A stretch of DNA of 64,000 nt from Camelus dromedarius (Eukaryota): assembly GCF_036321535.1 (NCBI RefSeq), contig NC_087472.1:98768001-98832000 (forward strand), in the 5' to 3' direction. Position numbers and translations under genes: made by a program. Numbering within the stretch: position 1 is the stretch's first letter; every line of letters starts with the position of its first letter. This document shows, in pieces, positions 1-11,990 of this stretch. Under the pieces are notes generated by a model that worked only from the letters and a program-made list of their open reading frames with translations, searched no databases and was not told the origin of the DNA.

Positions 1-667
1 TGAAAAGAACAAATTCTTATATTGCAGTTGAAGAAAGTGAAGCCTTAAGAAGGTCTTGGGGATGCAAATCTGAGGTACTTTCTACATGTTTACTGGTAGG
101 GATACCAGTGGATTTGAGCATCAATTACTCACAGCACTACCTTGCTCTATAAGGCACTCTTTGGCTTTTCTTCCATCTATATTACAGCTTTTCCATATCC
201 CCCCAAAAAATCACATGCATGTAAGCCCTTGTGTCAGACTCTACTTCTTTGGGCAACCCAAGCTAGCACATACAGGTTTCTGAATATCACTAATATTAAT
301 AAAGTTTGGTGTATGGTATTGAGAAAAATTAATTTTAAAAGAAAGACACCTAAAATTTTATCTCTTTCACCAAATAATACAGGAATTTTTATTTGTATTT
401 TAGAAATAATAACTTCATGTTTTAAAATTTATATTTGTAGTATGAGTTATGTTACGCAATGTCTGAATCTAAGAGATTTGTCTTAATTTAATCTTATTCC
501 CATGAGAAGAAACAAGGAAGAATGCAAGTAAAATTCATTCTCCATTCTCTCCCTTGGAGTTCCTTTCTCTGGAAAGCTTCTGAGGCTGCGTATGTAACAC
601 CAAAATATCCCATCAATTTATTTTAAATCATCTTGTCACTGGTTTGCAGTTGAGCTGTTAACCCAGC

Positions 668-810
668 TGTGATGGTTAGGAATTACCTGGCTAAGTAGCA
701 GAGGACCCAACTAAAATGGACTTAAACAATAAGGATGTTTATTATCCCACATAACCAGAATTCTGAAAGTGAGATTTCTTTTCCCCAGACTTCAGTGGCT
801 CAGTGATATA
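668..810 (-). mobile_element. Old MLT1-type (MaLR) LTR fragment
   Basis: 'ggacttaaacaataaggatgtttattatcccacataac' resembles the reverse-complemented 3' end (poly-A signal region) of old MLT1 LTRs; boundaries approximate. Confidence 0.5.
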
Positions 811-827
811 TTTTGTTTCTAACTTGT

Positions 828-1361
828 TGTGTGTGTACATGTTGTTTGTGTTCTGACTACTCCACTGACCAGCTATTCCCCTATCTCTCTACCACTTCTG
901 AGGCCTCTCTATTCCCTGAGACACAAAAATATTAAAGTTAGGCCAACTAATAATCCTACAATAGCCTCTAAATATTTAAGTAAAAGAAAGATCTGCACAC
1001 CTCTCACTTTAAATCAAAAGCTAGAAATGGTTTAGTGAGGAAGGCATGTTGAAAGCTGAGATAAGCCAAAAGCTAGTCCTTTTGAGCCAGTGAGCCAAGT
1101 TGTGAATGCAAAGGAAAAGTTCTTGAAGGAAATTAAAAGTGCTACTCCAGTGAATACACGAATGATTGGAAAGCAAAATGGCCTTATTGCTGATATGGAA
1201 AAAGTTTGAGTGGTCTGTATAGAAGATCAAACCAGCCATAACATTGCCATTAACCAATGCCTAATCCAGAGCAAGGCCCTAACTCTCTTCAATTCTAAGA
1301 AGGCGGAGAGAAGTGAAGATAATGTAGAAGAAAAGTTTGAAGCTAGCAGATATTGGTTCAT
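828..1361 (+). mobile_element. Tigger1 (TcMar/pogo) DNA transposon fragment: 5' region and start of transposase, degraded
   Basis: Close match to recalled Tigger1 consensus, e.g. 'ctctcactttaaatcaaaagctagaaatg', 'gaatgcaaaggaaaagttcttgaaggaaattaaaagtgctactccagtgaa', 'ccagagcaaggccctaactctcttcaattc'; ORF 829-1035 ends ...TPLTLNQKLEM (transposase N-terminus). Confidence 0.92.
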
Positions 1362-1991
1362 CTCTTCAAGACCCTGATTTCAATTCCTTTGGGTGAATAC
1401 CTAGAAATTGGATTGCTAGATCATATGGTAGTTTTATTTTTAATATTTTAAGGAACCTCTGTACTGTTTTCCATCATGGCTGTACTAGTTTACATTTCCC
1501 ACCAACAGAGAACCAGGGTCCTCTTTTCTCCACATCCTTGCCAACACTTGTTTGTCTGCTTGCTTTTTAATAAGCCATCCTAACAGGTGTGAGGTAATAT
1601 CTCATTGTGGTTTTGAATTGCATCATTTTCCTGATGATTAGTGGTGTTGAACACATTTTCATATACCTGTTTGCCATTTGTATTTCTTCTTGGGAGAAAT
1701 GTCTATTCAGATTCTTTGCTTATTTTAAATCAGGTTGTTTGTTATTTTATTGAGTTGTATGAGTTCCTTATATGTTTTGAATATTAACCCCTTATAAGAT
1801 AGTTTGATAATTTTTTCTCCCATTATGTGAGTTGCCTTTTTATTAGTGAATTGTTTCCTTTCTTGTGCAAAAGATTTTTAGTTGGATATAATCTCACTTT
1901 TTTATTTTTACTTTTGTTGCCTCTGCTTTTGTGTCATACCGAAAAAGTCATTGCCAAAATCAAGGTCAAGGAGCTTTTTACCTTATGTTTT

Positions 1992-4900
1992 TTTAAAAAA
2001 TATACTTTTATTGAAGTATAGTCAGTTTATAATGTGTCAATTTCTGGTGTACAGCATAATGCTTCAGTCATACATGAACATACATGTATTCATTTTATTC
2101 ATTTTCATATTCTTTTTCACCATAAGTTACTATAAGATATTGAATATAGTTTCCTGTGCTATACAGTATAAACTTATTGTTTATCTATTTTATATATATC
2201 AGGTAGTATATGCAAATCTCAAACTCCCAATTTATTCCTTCCCATCCCCTTCCCGCCTTGTAACCATAAGTTTGTTTTCTATGTCTGTGAGTCTGTTTCT
2301 ATTCTGTAAATAAGTCCATTTGTCTTTTTTTTGATTCCACATATAAGTGATATCATATGGTATTTTTCTGGTTTGATAATTTTCTTTTGTATTAGCTTGG
2401 TTTCTTTTTTGTTTTTGTGACTCTATTGTATGCTTTGATTTTTAGTTACCCTGTTTTTCAAGTATGTTAACCCCTTACTATATCTATTTGCTTTAGACTA
2501 TAAATTTAGTCACGTAGGCTCAAACACATCCTAAAAAGAATGAAGAAAAAAAGAAAAAAAGAAGAGTAAGAAAAAAGTCTTTATTTTCTTCCTCCCCTCT
2601 TCTACTTTTATGATTTTGATGTCCTTTTTATTTTCATCTTCATGTATATTCTCTTGCAACTCATTGTAACTTTCCAATTATGGTTTTCTCATTTCTATAG
2701 CTTCCTGCTTCTTTTCTATTTAGAATAGACCTTTCAATATTTCTTTTAAGATAGGTTTAGTATTGCTGAATTCTTTCAGTTTTTGCTTGTCTGTGAAATT
2801 CTTTATCTCCCCTTCTGCTCTAAAGGATAGTCATGCCAGATAGGTATCCTAGGTTACAGCTTTTTCTCATTCAGGACTTTGAATATATCTTGCCACTCCC
2901 TTCTGGCCAGCAGTGTTTGTGTAGAGAAATCAGCTAAAAGCCTTATGGGGGTTCCCTTGTAACTAACTCTTCTGGGGTTTTTTTTGCTGCCTTTAGAATC
3001 ATTTCTTTGATTTTAACTTTGGCCATCTTAATTATAATATTTTGGTGTAGGTCTATTTGGGTTCTTCTTGTTGGGGACCCTCTGTGCTTCCTGTAGTTGG
3101 GTGTCTGATTCCTTCTTTAGGTTTGGGAAATTTTCACTCATGATTTCTTCAAATACCTTTTCAATCTTCTTTGCTCTTTCTCCTTCTGGGACCCCTGTTA
3201 TGCGTAGGTTGGCACACTTTATATTATCCCACAGTTCCCTTATATTGTTTTCATTGTTTTTTACTTGCTTTTCTGTTTGCTGTTCTGATTGGGTGATTTC
3301 TTTTATCCTGTCTTCTATGTCACTTATTCGTTCCCCTGCATCATCTGGCCTGCTTTTGACTGCCTTTAGCTCAGCTCTTATATCAGCCATTGAGTTTTCT
3401 GTTTTTAATTGGCTCCTCTTTATAGTTTCTAATTCCTTTTTATAGTATTCTCTGTCTCTATTCATAGTCTCTCTTATTTCCTTCAGTGTTTTTATCACCC
3501 TCCTTTTGAAGTCATGATCTAGTAGACTGTCGAGGTATATCTCATGGTTCTTTCAGGGGACTTCTCTTATTCTTTTAATTGGGAGTGGTTCCTCTGCTTC
3601 TTCATTTATTTATAGTTCTCTGGCTCTATGAATTTAGGAGTATCAGTTATCTACTGTGGTCTCTAAGGGCTGTTTTGTTTTTTTTTATTTGTTTGTTTTT
3701 ATTTAAAATGGGAGCCAACGGAGGGTCCGTTGTAGACTGTGTAGACTCTGTGCATCTAATAGTTTTGTTGCAAGGGCTGTTCTTAGTATGGATGGTTGCC
3801 ACATCTTCCTTCCATGTGTTTTGGCTGTTTTCCCTCTGATTGGGGGTGTGGTTGGTGTGGAGCCTGCCCTGATTGTTGTTTTTGAGTGGGGCCTCCTTTT
3901 TTGTTCTGTGGTTGTTACAGTCGTGACAGGGACCGGATCTGCTCCCCTGTTGCTGGAATAGAGACTTCTAGACTCATTTCTGAGCTGTGGTGTGTGGTAG
4001 GCAGGGTTGGAGTGCTTCAGCTGGGAAGAAGAGTCACTAAGTATACCTCTGTAGGAGATGTCCATTGGGAAGTGCCCTCTGTGGTTTTGTCTGTCACTTG
4101 TTATGCAGGCTTACAAAGTACTCTTTGTTGATGCTGCCTTTGTCCCCACCTTAGCTGTGGGAATGTTGGCCACCTACTCTGGTGTCCCCCAGGTTCTGTG
4201 CCCCAGGAACTGCCAGCCCAGATCCACCAATGTCAGATACTAGGACCCTCCGTTGCAAGCATGCAGTCACACACCTGAATCCATGGTGCACCACAGGTCA
4301 GCACAAACCCCAGCCCCACCTCTGTGTACCATAAGGCCTGTTGTAAATAACCGTACTGGCCCCCACCGTGTGCCAGAACTTCACTCACTGCCTGTTCATC
4401 CCAGAGGTGCAGGTCCACAAAGGGCTAAAGAGCAAATCCACCCTCTCTGCCCGGGACTGTAAACAAATCTCAGTTCCTCCTGTGAAGTTGCAGGGCATGG
4501 ATTCAGCTTTCAGCTCCACTTCCATGCAGCAGAGTTGGCTATGACCCATCCCTACCTCTCTTCTCACGAGAACAAACCAACAATGGAGCCAACTGGAGAC
4601 AGGGGCTATGGCGCAGCTATGTTGTTCCCCCCTCCACCACACACACCAGCAGTGGTGCTTTTTAATGGGGGTCTCAGGCAGTTCTGTTCTGCACACACCC
4701 CTAGTCAGAGCTCACACTGCCGTCCAGTCCCCTGAGGCTTCCTCTGGGCAGTGGGCCCCAGCCCTCTCCCCAGGCTGCTCATTAATCTCCAGCAGCCAGT
4801 CCCAGCTTGTCCCTGCCTGCTTGCATCTAGGGCTGGGGATCACAGGAACCCTCTGTGCCAGTTCTGTCTGCCAAGCGGCTGCCACTTTCTCCTCTGAGCT

Positions 4901-5214
4901 TCAGAAGCTCTGCTTCTGTCCCTGCTGACCCCCTGGCTGGAGAGGGGATGTCCCAGCATATGGGTGCCTTTCTTCCTATGCCGCTCCTTCCATGTAGGAC
5001 TGGTCCCACATAGATTTTTTTCTTTCTTCTTTTTTTTTTCTTTTTTTGTCTTACCAGATTTTGTGAGAATCCCCCTGTATTTTGAAGCAAGAGACACTCT
5101 GCCAGAGTTCAGTACGTGTTCTGTGTGATTCAGTGGGTTTATAGATGTAATTCTTGGTGTATTTGTGGGAGAGGGCGAGCTGTGAGCCTCTCTACTCTGC
5201 CATCTTGTCACCTC
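1992..5214 (-). mobile_element. HAL1-like (half-L1) element: 5'UTR + ORF1 + inter-ORF spacer joined directly to the L1 3' end
   Basis: Exact 14-bp TSD TTACCTTATGTTTT at 1978-1991 and 5215-5228. 5' end reads GAGGTGACAAGATGGCAGAGTAG. ORF1 remnant at 2720-3605. L1 3' end at 1992-~2370. No EN/RT sequence between them. Confidence 0.85.
2720..3605 (-). pseudogene. L1 ORF1p remnant of the HAL1-like element (coiled-coil, RRM, CTD; stops and frameshifts)
   Basis: Starts MKKQRNHSQLKE*. ORF 3028-3498 contains ERISDIEDR, ELWDNIKCANLRITGVPEGE and ENFPNLKKE...QEAQRVP. Downstream frames give GTPIRL.ADFS and ARREWQDIF, ending ...EILKGLF*. Confidence 0.9.
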
Positions 5215-8200
5215 TTACCTTATGTTTTATTCTAGGTGTTTTACTGTTTCAGGTCTTACGTTAAAGTCTTTAATTCATTTTAGGTTGAGTTTTGTGCTTG
5301 ATATAAGTTAAGGGTCCAATTTCATTCTTTTGCATGTGGATACCCAGTTTTTCCTATCATTTATTTATTACCATTTATTAATTTACCATTAAATTTATCA
5401 TTTATATAAAAGACTATCCTTACCCCATTTTGTATTCTTGGATCTCTTGTTGAAGATTAGTTGACCATATCTATGTGGTTTTATTTCTGGGCTCTCTATT
5501 CTATTCCATTGATCTATGTGTCTATTTTTATATCTGTACAATACTATTTTGATTACTATAGCTTTGTTATGTAATTTGAAATCAGGAAGTGTGATGCTTC
5601 CAGCTTTGTTCTTCTTTCTCCAGATTGCTTTGGCTATTTGGGGTCTTTTGTGTATCCATATGAATTTTAGGATTGTTTTTACTATTTTTGTGAAAAATGC
5701 CATTGGAATTTTGATAGAGATTGCATTGAGTCTCGAGGTAGTATGGACATTTTAACCATATTAAGTCTTCTAGTCTATTAACACAGACTGTCTTTCCACT
5801 TCTTTTGTCTTCCTCAATGTCTTTCATCAAAATCTGAGTTTTCAATGCACAGTTCTTTTATCTCATTCATTAAATTTATTTCTAGGTATTTCATTGTTTT
5901 TGATGCTATTGTAAGTGGGATTATTTTCTTTATTTCTTTTTTAGATACTTCATTTTTAGCTTAGAAAGACAATGGATTTTTGTATTTTGAACTGCTGCTT
6001 TACTGAATTTGCTTATAGTTATAACAGTTTTCTGGTGGAGTCTTTAGGGTTTTCTATATATAAAATCATGTCATCTGCAAACTGATAATTTTTTCCTTCT
6101 TTTCTGATTTGGATAACTTTTATTTCTTTTTCTTGCTTAATTAGTCTATGTAGTACATCCAGTACTATGTTGAATAGAAATGGTGAGAGTGTGCAGCCTT
6201 GTCTTATTCCTGATCTTAGAGGAGAAGCTTTAAACCTTTCACTATTGAGTATGATATTAGCTCTGGGTTTGTCATAAATGGCCTTAATTATGTAGAGGTA
6301 CATTCTTTCCATACCTAATTTGTTGAGTTTTTATCATGAATGGATTTTGAATTTTATCAAATGATTTTTCTGTACCTATTAATATGATTATATGATCTCT
6401 TTCACTTTGTTAATTTGGTATATCACATTTATTAATTTGCATATGTGGAACCATCCTTACATTTCAGGGATAAATCCCACTTGATTATGGTACATGGTCC
6501 TTTTAATATTCTGTTGTGTTTGGTTTGCCTAGTATTTTGTTGATAATTTTTGTATCTATATTTATTAGGAATATTAGTCTGTAGTTTTCTTTTCTTGTAG
6601 TGTCCTTATCTGGTATTAGTATCAGGATAATGTGGCCTTTTAAAATGAGTTTGAAAGTGTTTCTTCCTCTTAAATTTTTGGGAAATGTTTGGGAAGGATT
6701 GCCATTAATTAATCTCTAATGTTTGGTAGGATTCACCAGTGAAACCATCTGGTCCTGGGCTTTTCTTTGTGGGAGGTTTTTGATTAATGATTCAGTATCC
6801 TTCCCTGTTATTGGTCTGCTCAGACTGTCATGATTCAGTCTTGGTATATTAAAGTTTCTAGGAATTTATGCATTCTTTCTGGTTTATCCGATTTGTTGGC
6901 ATGTAATTGTTCATAGTATCTCTTATGATCCTTTGTATTTCTGTGGTATCAGTTGTAATGTCTCCTCTTTCATTTATACTTTTATTCATTTGGATTTCTC
7001 TCTCTTTTTTTGTTAGTCTAGCTAAAGTTTGTCAATTTTGTTTGTTTTCAAAAAACAGCTCAAAGTTTTGTTGAGCTTTTCTATTGTTTTCTGGTTTCTA
7101 TTTCATTTATTTGTGCACCAATATTTGTTGTTTTTTTACCACTGCAAATTTTAGACTCAGTTTGTTCTATATTTTTGCATACCTTGAAGTATAAAGTTAA
7201 GCTGTTTATTTGAGATCTTTCTTTTTTCTTAATGTACACATTTATTGATACAAAATTCCCTCTTAGCATGCTTTTGCTGCATCCATAACTTATGATATAT
7301 TGTATTTCCATTTTCATTTGTTTCAAGATGTTTTTTGATTTCCCTTTTTCTTTGACCCATTGTTTGTTCAGGAGTGTGTTGTTTAATTTCCACACATTTG
7401 TGAAATTTCCAGTTTTCCTCTGATATTGATTTCTAGTTTTGTATGATTGTGTTTGGAAAAGAAACTGGGTATGATTCCAGTCTTCTTAAATTTGATAAGA
7501 TGTATTTTGTAACCTAACATATAATATGTCTAGGGGAATGCTTCATGTGTACTTGAGAAGAGTTTGTATTCTGCTGCTGTTGTATGGAATGTTCTGTGTA
7601 TGTCTGTCAGATCTATCCAACCTAAAGTATAGTTCAAGTCCAATGTTTCCTTACTGATTATCTGTCTGGACGGACTCCTAATATTGTATTCTTGTCTGTT
7701 ACTCTCGTCAGATCTATTACTATTTGCTTATATATTTAGTTAGTGTGATGTTGGTTGCATATACATTTTAAATTGTTGTATCATATTGATGATTTGGCCC
7801 TTTTTCATTATATAGTGACCTTCTTTGTTTCTTGTTAGTTTTTGACTTAAAGTCTCTTTTATCTAATATAAATATAGCCACCCCTGCTCTCTCTTGGTTT
7901 CCATTAGCTTATATCTTTTACCATCCCTTCACTTTGAACCTATGTGTGCCTTTGAAGCTGAAGTAAGTTTCTTTTAGGCAGCATATAGTTGGGTATTGTT
8001 TTTATTTTAAATCTATCAGCAACTCTGTGCCTTTTGATTGGAGAATCTAATCCATTTATGTATAAAGTAATTATTGCTAGGTGAGGACTTGCTATTGCTA
8101 TCTTGTTAATTGTTTTCTTGCTGTTTTATATTTCCTTTGTTCCTTTCTTCTTCTCTTGCTGCCTTCCTTCATGAATTGATGGATTCCATAATGGTATACT

Positions 8201-10504
8201 TTGATTCCCTTCTTTTTATCTTGTGTGTATATACTATAGGTTTTCATTTTATGAATACCCTGAGGCTTCCTTGAAACATTTCATACATATAACAGTCTAT
8301 TTGAAGCTATTAACTTTGATCACACAAAAACTTTACCCCTTTATCCTTCCCCCCACATTTTGTGTTTTTGACACCACAATTTACATCTTTTTATATGTGT
8401 ATCCTGAAACAAATTATTGTAGCTTTAGGTATTTTTAATACTTTTGTCTTTAGCCATTTTTCTAGAGTTAAGTGGTTAACATACCACCATATTACAGTAT
8501 TAGAGTATTGTGAATCCAACTATGTACTTACCTTTTATCAATGTGTTGTGTATTTTTATGTTACTGTGTTACTTATTAGCATCCTCTAGTTTCAGCTTAA
8601 AGAATTCCTTTCAGCATTTCTTGTGAGGTGGGTCTAGTGGTGATGAACTCCCTCAGCTTTTGTTTATTTGAGAAAGTCCTGATCTTACCTTCATTTCCGA
8701 AGGACAACTTTGCTGAGTAAAGTGTTTTTGGTTGGCAGTTTTTAAGAATTTCAGTACTGTGAATATATTCTTACACTCTCTTGGCCTGCAAGATTTTTGC
8801 TGATAAGTCTACTGATAATATTATGGAAGTTCCCTTGTATATAAGTCACTTTTCTCTTGCTGCCTTTGAAATTTTCTCTTTGTATTGATTTTTGACAATT
8901 TGATTCTAATGCATCTTGGTAAAAACCTTTCTATGTTCCATCTATTTGAAGTTATTTGGACTTCATGGATCTTGATGTTCATTTCCCTCCCCATATTTGA
9001 GAAATTTTTGTAACTATTTATTTAAATAAACTTTCTCCCCCTTTCTCTCCCCCACACCAGGATTCCCAGATGCACAGATTGGTTCATTTAATGGTATCCC
9101 ATAAGTCTTGTAGGCTTTCTTCACACTGTAAATTTTTTTCTTCTTTTTGTCTTCTTCTCACTGAGTAAATTTCAGTGATCTGTCTTTGAGCTCACTGATT
9201 TTTTCTTCTGTGTGATTGTGTCTGTTGTTGAAACTCTCTATTGACTTTTCCAGCTCAATGATTGCATTCTTTAGCTCCAGAATTTCTGTTTGATTCTTTT
9301 TTATGGTTTCTATCTTTTTGTTGAACTTCTTACTTTACTTATGTATTGCTTTCCTGATTTCATTTAGTTGTCTTTCTGAGTTCTCTTTTAGCTCACTGAG
9401 CTTCTTTAAGATAATTATTTTAAATTCTTTGTCAGGCAATTTATAGATTTCTATTTTTGGGGGGAGGGTCAGCCATTGAAGCTATATTCTGTTCCTTTGT
9501 GGTTTCATATTCCTTTAAATTTTTATATTCCTTGAAGCCTTGTGTTGTTATCTTCACATTTGATGAAGCTATCACCTCCTCCAGACTTTATTGACTGGCT
9601 TTAGGAGAGAAATACCTTCACCAATCTGCCCACAAGAGATCATGGGGGTCTCTCAGATCTTTTGTATGTATTCGCCCAGTCCACTTATCTTGTTTCTTCT
9701 TGGAAGAGAAGTCTTAGGATTGTATGCCTTCTCAGCTAGGCCATATGCTGAGAGCCTCCCACATATTTTCCCTAGGGCAGTGCTCTGAAATTTTCAATGT
9801 TGTGCACCTTCTCCCAATCCAGCAGAGTCAAGCTGGCTACCGCTATCCATGTGCTGTCTTCAGGGGAGAACATACTGGTTGTGAAAGAGCACAGGGCTCT
9901 GGCTTTGGGGGGGCGTGTGAAATGCTGGGGGCATGTGTTGACTAGTTAGAGGGGTCTTCTGGTAAGCAATTCTATGGGATTCGTGAGTTGGACTCTTGGT
10001 GGAGGACCACAGGCTGGTAGTAGAAACTGTGACTAATATTTGTTTGCTAGTTTCTGCAAACCCCTGTCCTTTCCTCTGCTCCTAGTGGTCCCTAGTCTTT
10101 TCAGCTTATGTGATTCCCCACAGTATTCTGTGTTGGATGGGGCTTAAGTGGGCTTTTGAGGCATTCTGCAAGTGGGCATCTACAAGGCTGAGAAATCTGA
10201 GCACTCACTTCACTCTTACTTTTCCCTTTAGGAGAAGTCATGGGCCAAGGGAGTCTCTCTTAGCATAAGCTATGCTTCCTTTGGGGAGGCTAATCCAGGT
10301 AATGTGAAAGTGTTCTTTTAACCCTCTTCAATGTGTCTGTTCTCACATTTTTTTGTCTACTATGGTGCTAGAACCTCTCATCTAGATTCTTGGGTTCCCA
10401 TAAAGGTATTTTCACTTGTGGGTGGTTGTTACATTCAGTATTTTTGTGGGGGTTTAAGGGCTGGAAACTCTTATTCTACCATCTTGCTGTCTTTATATAT
10501 TCTT

Positions 10505-11508
10505 TTTTTTAAATTTTATTTTATTGAGTTATAATCAGTTTACAATGCTGTGTCAATTTCCAGTGTAAAGCACAATTTTTCAGTTATACATGAGCATACC
10601 TATATTCATTGTCACATTCTTTTTCACTGTGAGCTTCCACAAGATTTTGTATGTATTTTCCTCTGCTATATAGTATAATCTTGTTTATCTATTCTATATA
10701 TACCTGTCAGTATCTACAAATTTCGAACTCCCAGTCTGTCCCTTCCCATCCCCCTCTCCACTGGCAACCACAAGTTTGTATTCTATGTTTATGAGTCTGT
10801 TTCTGTTTTGCATTTATGTTCATTTGTCCTTTTCTTTTCTTTCTTTCTTTTTTTTTTTTAGATTCCACATATGAGCAATCTCATTTGGTATTTTTCTTTC
10901 TCTTTCTGGCTTACTTCACTTAGAATGACATTCTCCAGGGACATCCATGTTGCTGCAAATGGTGTTATGTTGTCATTTTTATGGCTGAATAGTATTCCAT
11001 TGTATAAATATACCACCACTTCTTTATCCAGTCATCTGTTGACGGACATTTAGGCTGTTTCCATGTCTTGGCTATTGTCAATAGTGCTGCTATGAACATT
11101 GGGGTGCAGGTGTCTTTTTGAAGTAGGGTTCCTTCTGGATATATGCCCAGGATCGGGATTCCTGGGTCCTATGGTAAGTCTATTCCTAGTCTTTTGAGGA
11201 ATCTCCATACTGTTTTCCACAGTGGCTGCACCAAACTGCATTCCCACCCGCAGTGTAGGAGGGTTCCCTTTTCTCCACAGCCTCTCCAGCATTTGTCATT
11301 TGTGGACTTTTGAATGATGGCCATTCTGACTGGTGTGAAGTGATACCTCATTGTAGTTTTGATTTGCATTTCTCTGATAATTAGTGATATTGAGCATTTT
11401 TTCATATACCTATTGATCATTTGTATGTCTTCCTTGGAGAATTGCTTGTTTAGGTCTTCTGCCCAGTTTTGGATTGGGTTGTTTATTTTTTTCTTATTAA
11501 GTCATATG
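10505..11508 (-). mobile_element. Young 5'-truncated L1 (ORF2 C-terminal Cys-rich domain + 3'UTR + poly-A)
   Basis: ORF 11169-11420 encodes [21 protein letters not shown]...[19 protein letters not shown]. 11-bp TSD TATATATTCTT at 10494-10504 and 11509-11519. T-rich tail from 10505. Confidence 0.92.
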
Positions 11509-11519
11509 TATATATTCTT

Positions 11520-11990
11520 GATATTAATCCTTTGTCAGTGTTGCAATCCTTTATATTTATTACAAGTATATTCTTTCAGTTTGTGTTTTGCGTTTCACTT
11601 TCATTACATGATTTTTATTGCTAGAAATATTTCATTTTCATGTAATAAAATTTATTAATTTTTCCTTTATAGTTTATTATTTTTTCTTAGCTTAAGAAAT
11701 TTTCCCTTACTCCAAGATTATCATATGCCTCCATATTTTTTCTAAAAGTTAAAATAATTTTCCTTTCTTATTTAAATATTTATTTTTCCTGGAATTGATT
11801 TTTATTTTTAATATGTGTTAGAGATCTAAATCCATTTTTTCCCATATGAATAACTTATTATCCCATCACTATTTACTAAAAACTTCTTTTTCCCAGAAAT
11901 CTGTGATGACATTTTACCAAATATCAGGTTTCTGTGTATATGAGGATCTATTCTGCTATATTGTCCTGTTTATCTGCCTCTGGAATTTTC
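11520..11990 (-). mobile_element. Ancient L1 (L1ME-like) ORF2 3' fragment
   Basis: Degenerate L1 phrases such as 'tatatattcttgatattaatcctttgtcag' and 'ggaattgatt...gagatctaaatccatttttt'; highly diverged. Confidence 0.6.

Larger units (their letters stand above)
1362..10490 (-). mobile_element. Near full-length old LINE-1 (5'UTR, ORF1, ORF2; 3' end missing), split by a nested element at 1992-5214
   Basis: ORF2 peptides in the track: 5398-5703 ([31 protein letters not shown]), 6019-6312 ([20 protein letters not shown]...QFADDMILY), 7081-7395. ORF2 start near 8100 (AIASPHLAIITLYINGLDSPIKRHRV), ORF1 C-terminus near 8600 (QKLREFITTRPTSQEMLKGIL), 5' end with CAAGATGG motif at 10479-10486. Confidence 0.92.

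Noticed and set aside
1827..2313. Hydrophobic, membrane-protein-like ORFs
   Set aside because: They come from the T-rich antisense strand of L1 3' ends, which yields F/L/I/Y-rich artefacts.
3703..5211. Cluster of ORFs on both strands in the HAL1-like 5'UTR (possible ORF0 analogue)
   Set aside because: The GC-richer 5'UTR has fewer stop codons, the ORFs overlap in many frames, and none has a recognisable domain.
5355..5408. AT-rich degenerate repeats (catttat/ttaccatt) inside L1 ORF2
   Set aside because: This is a local slippage expansion in a dead L1 with no functional signal.
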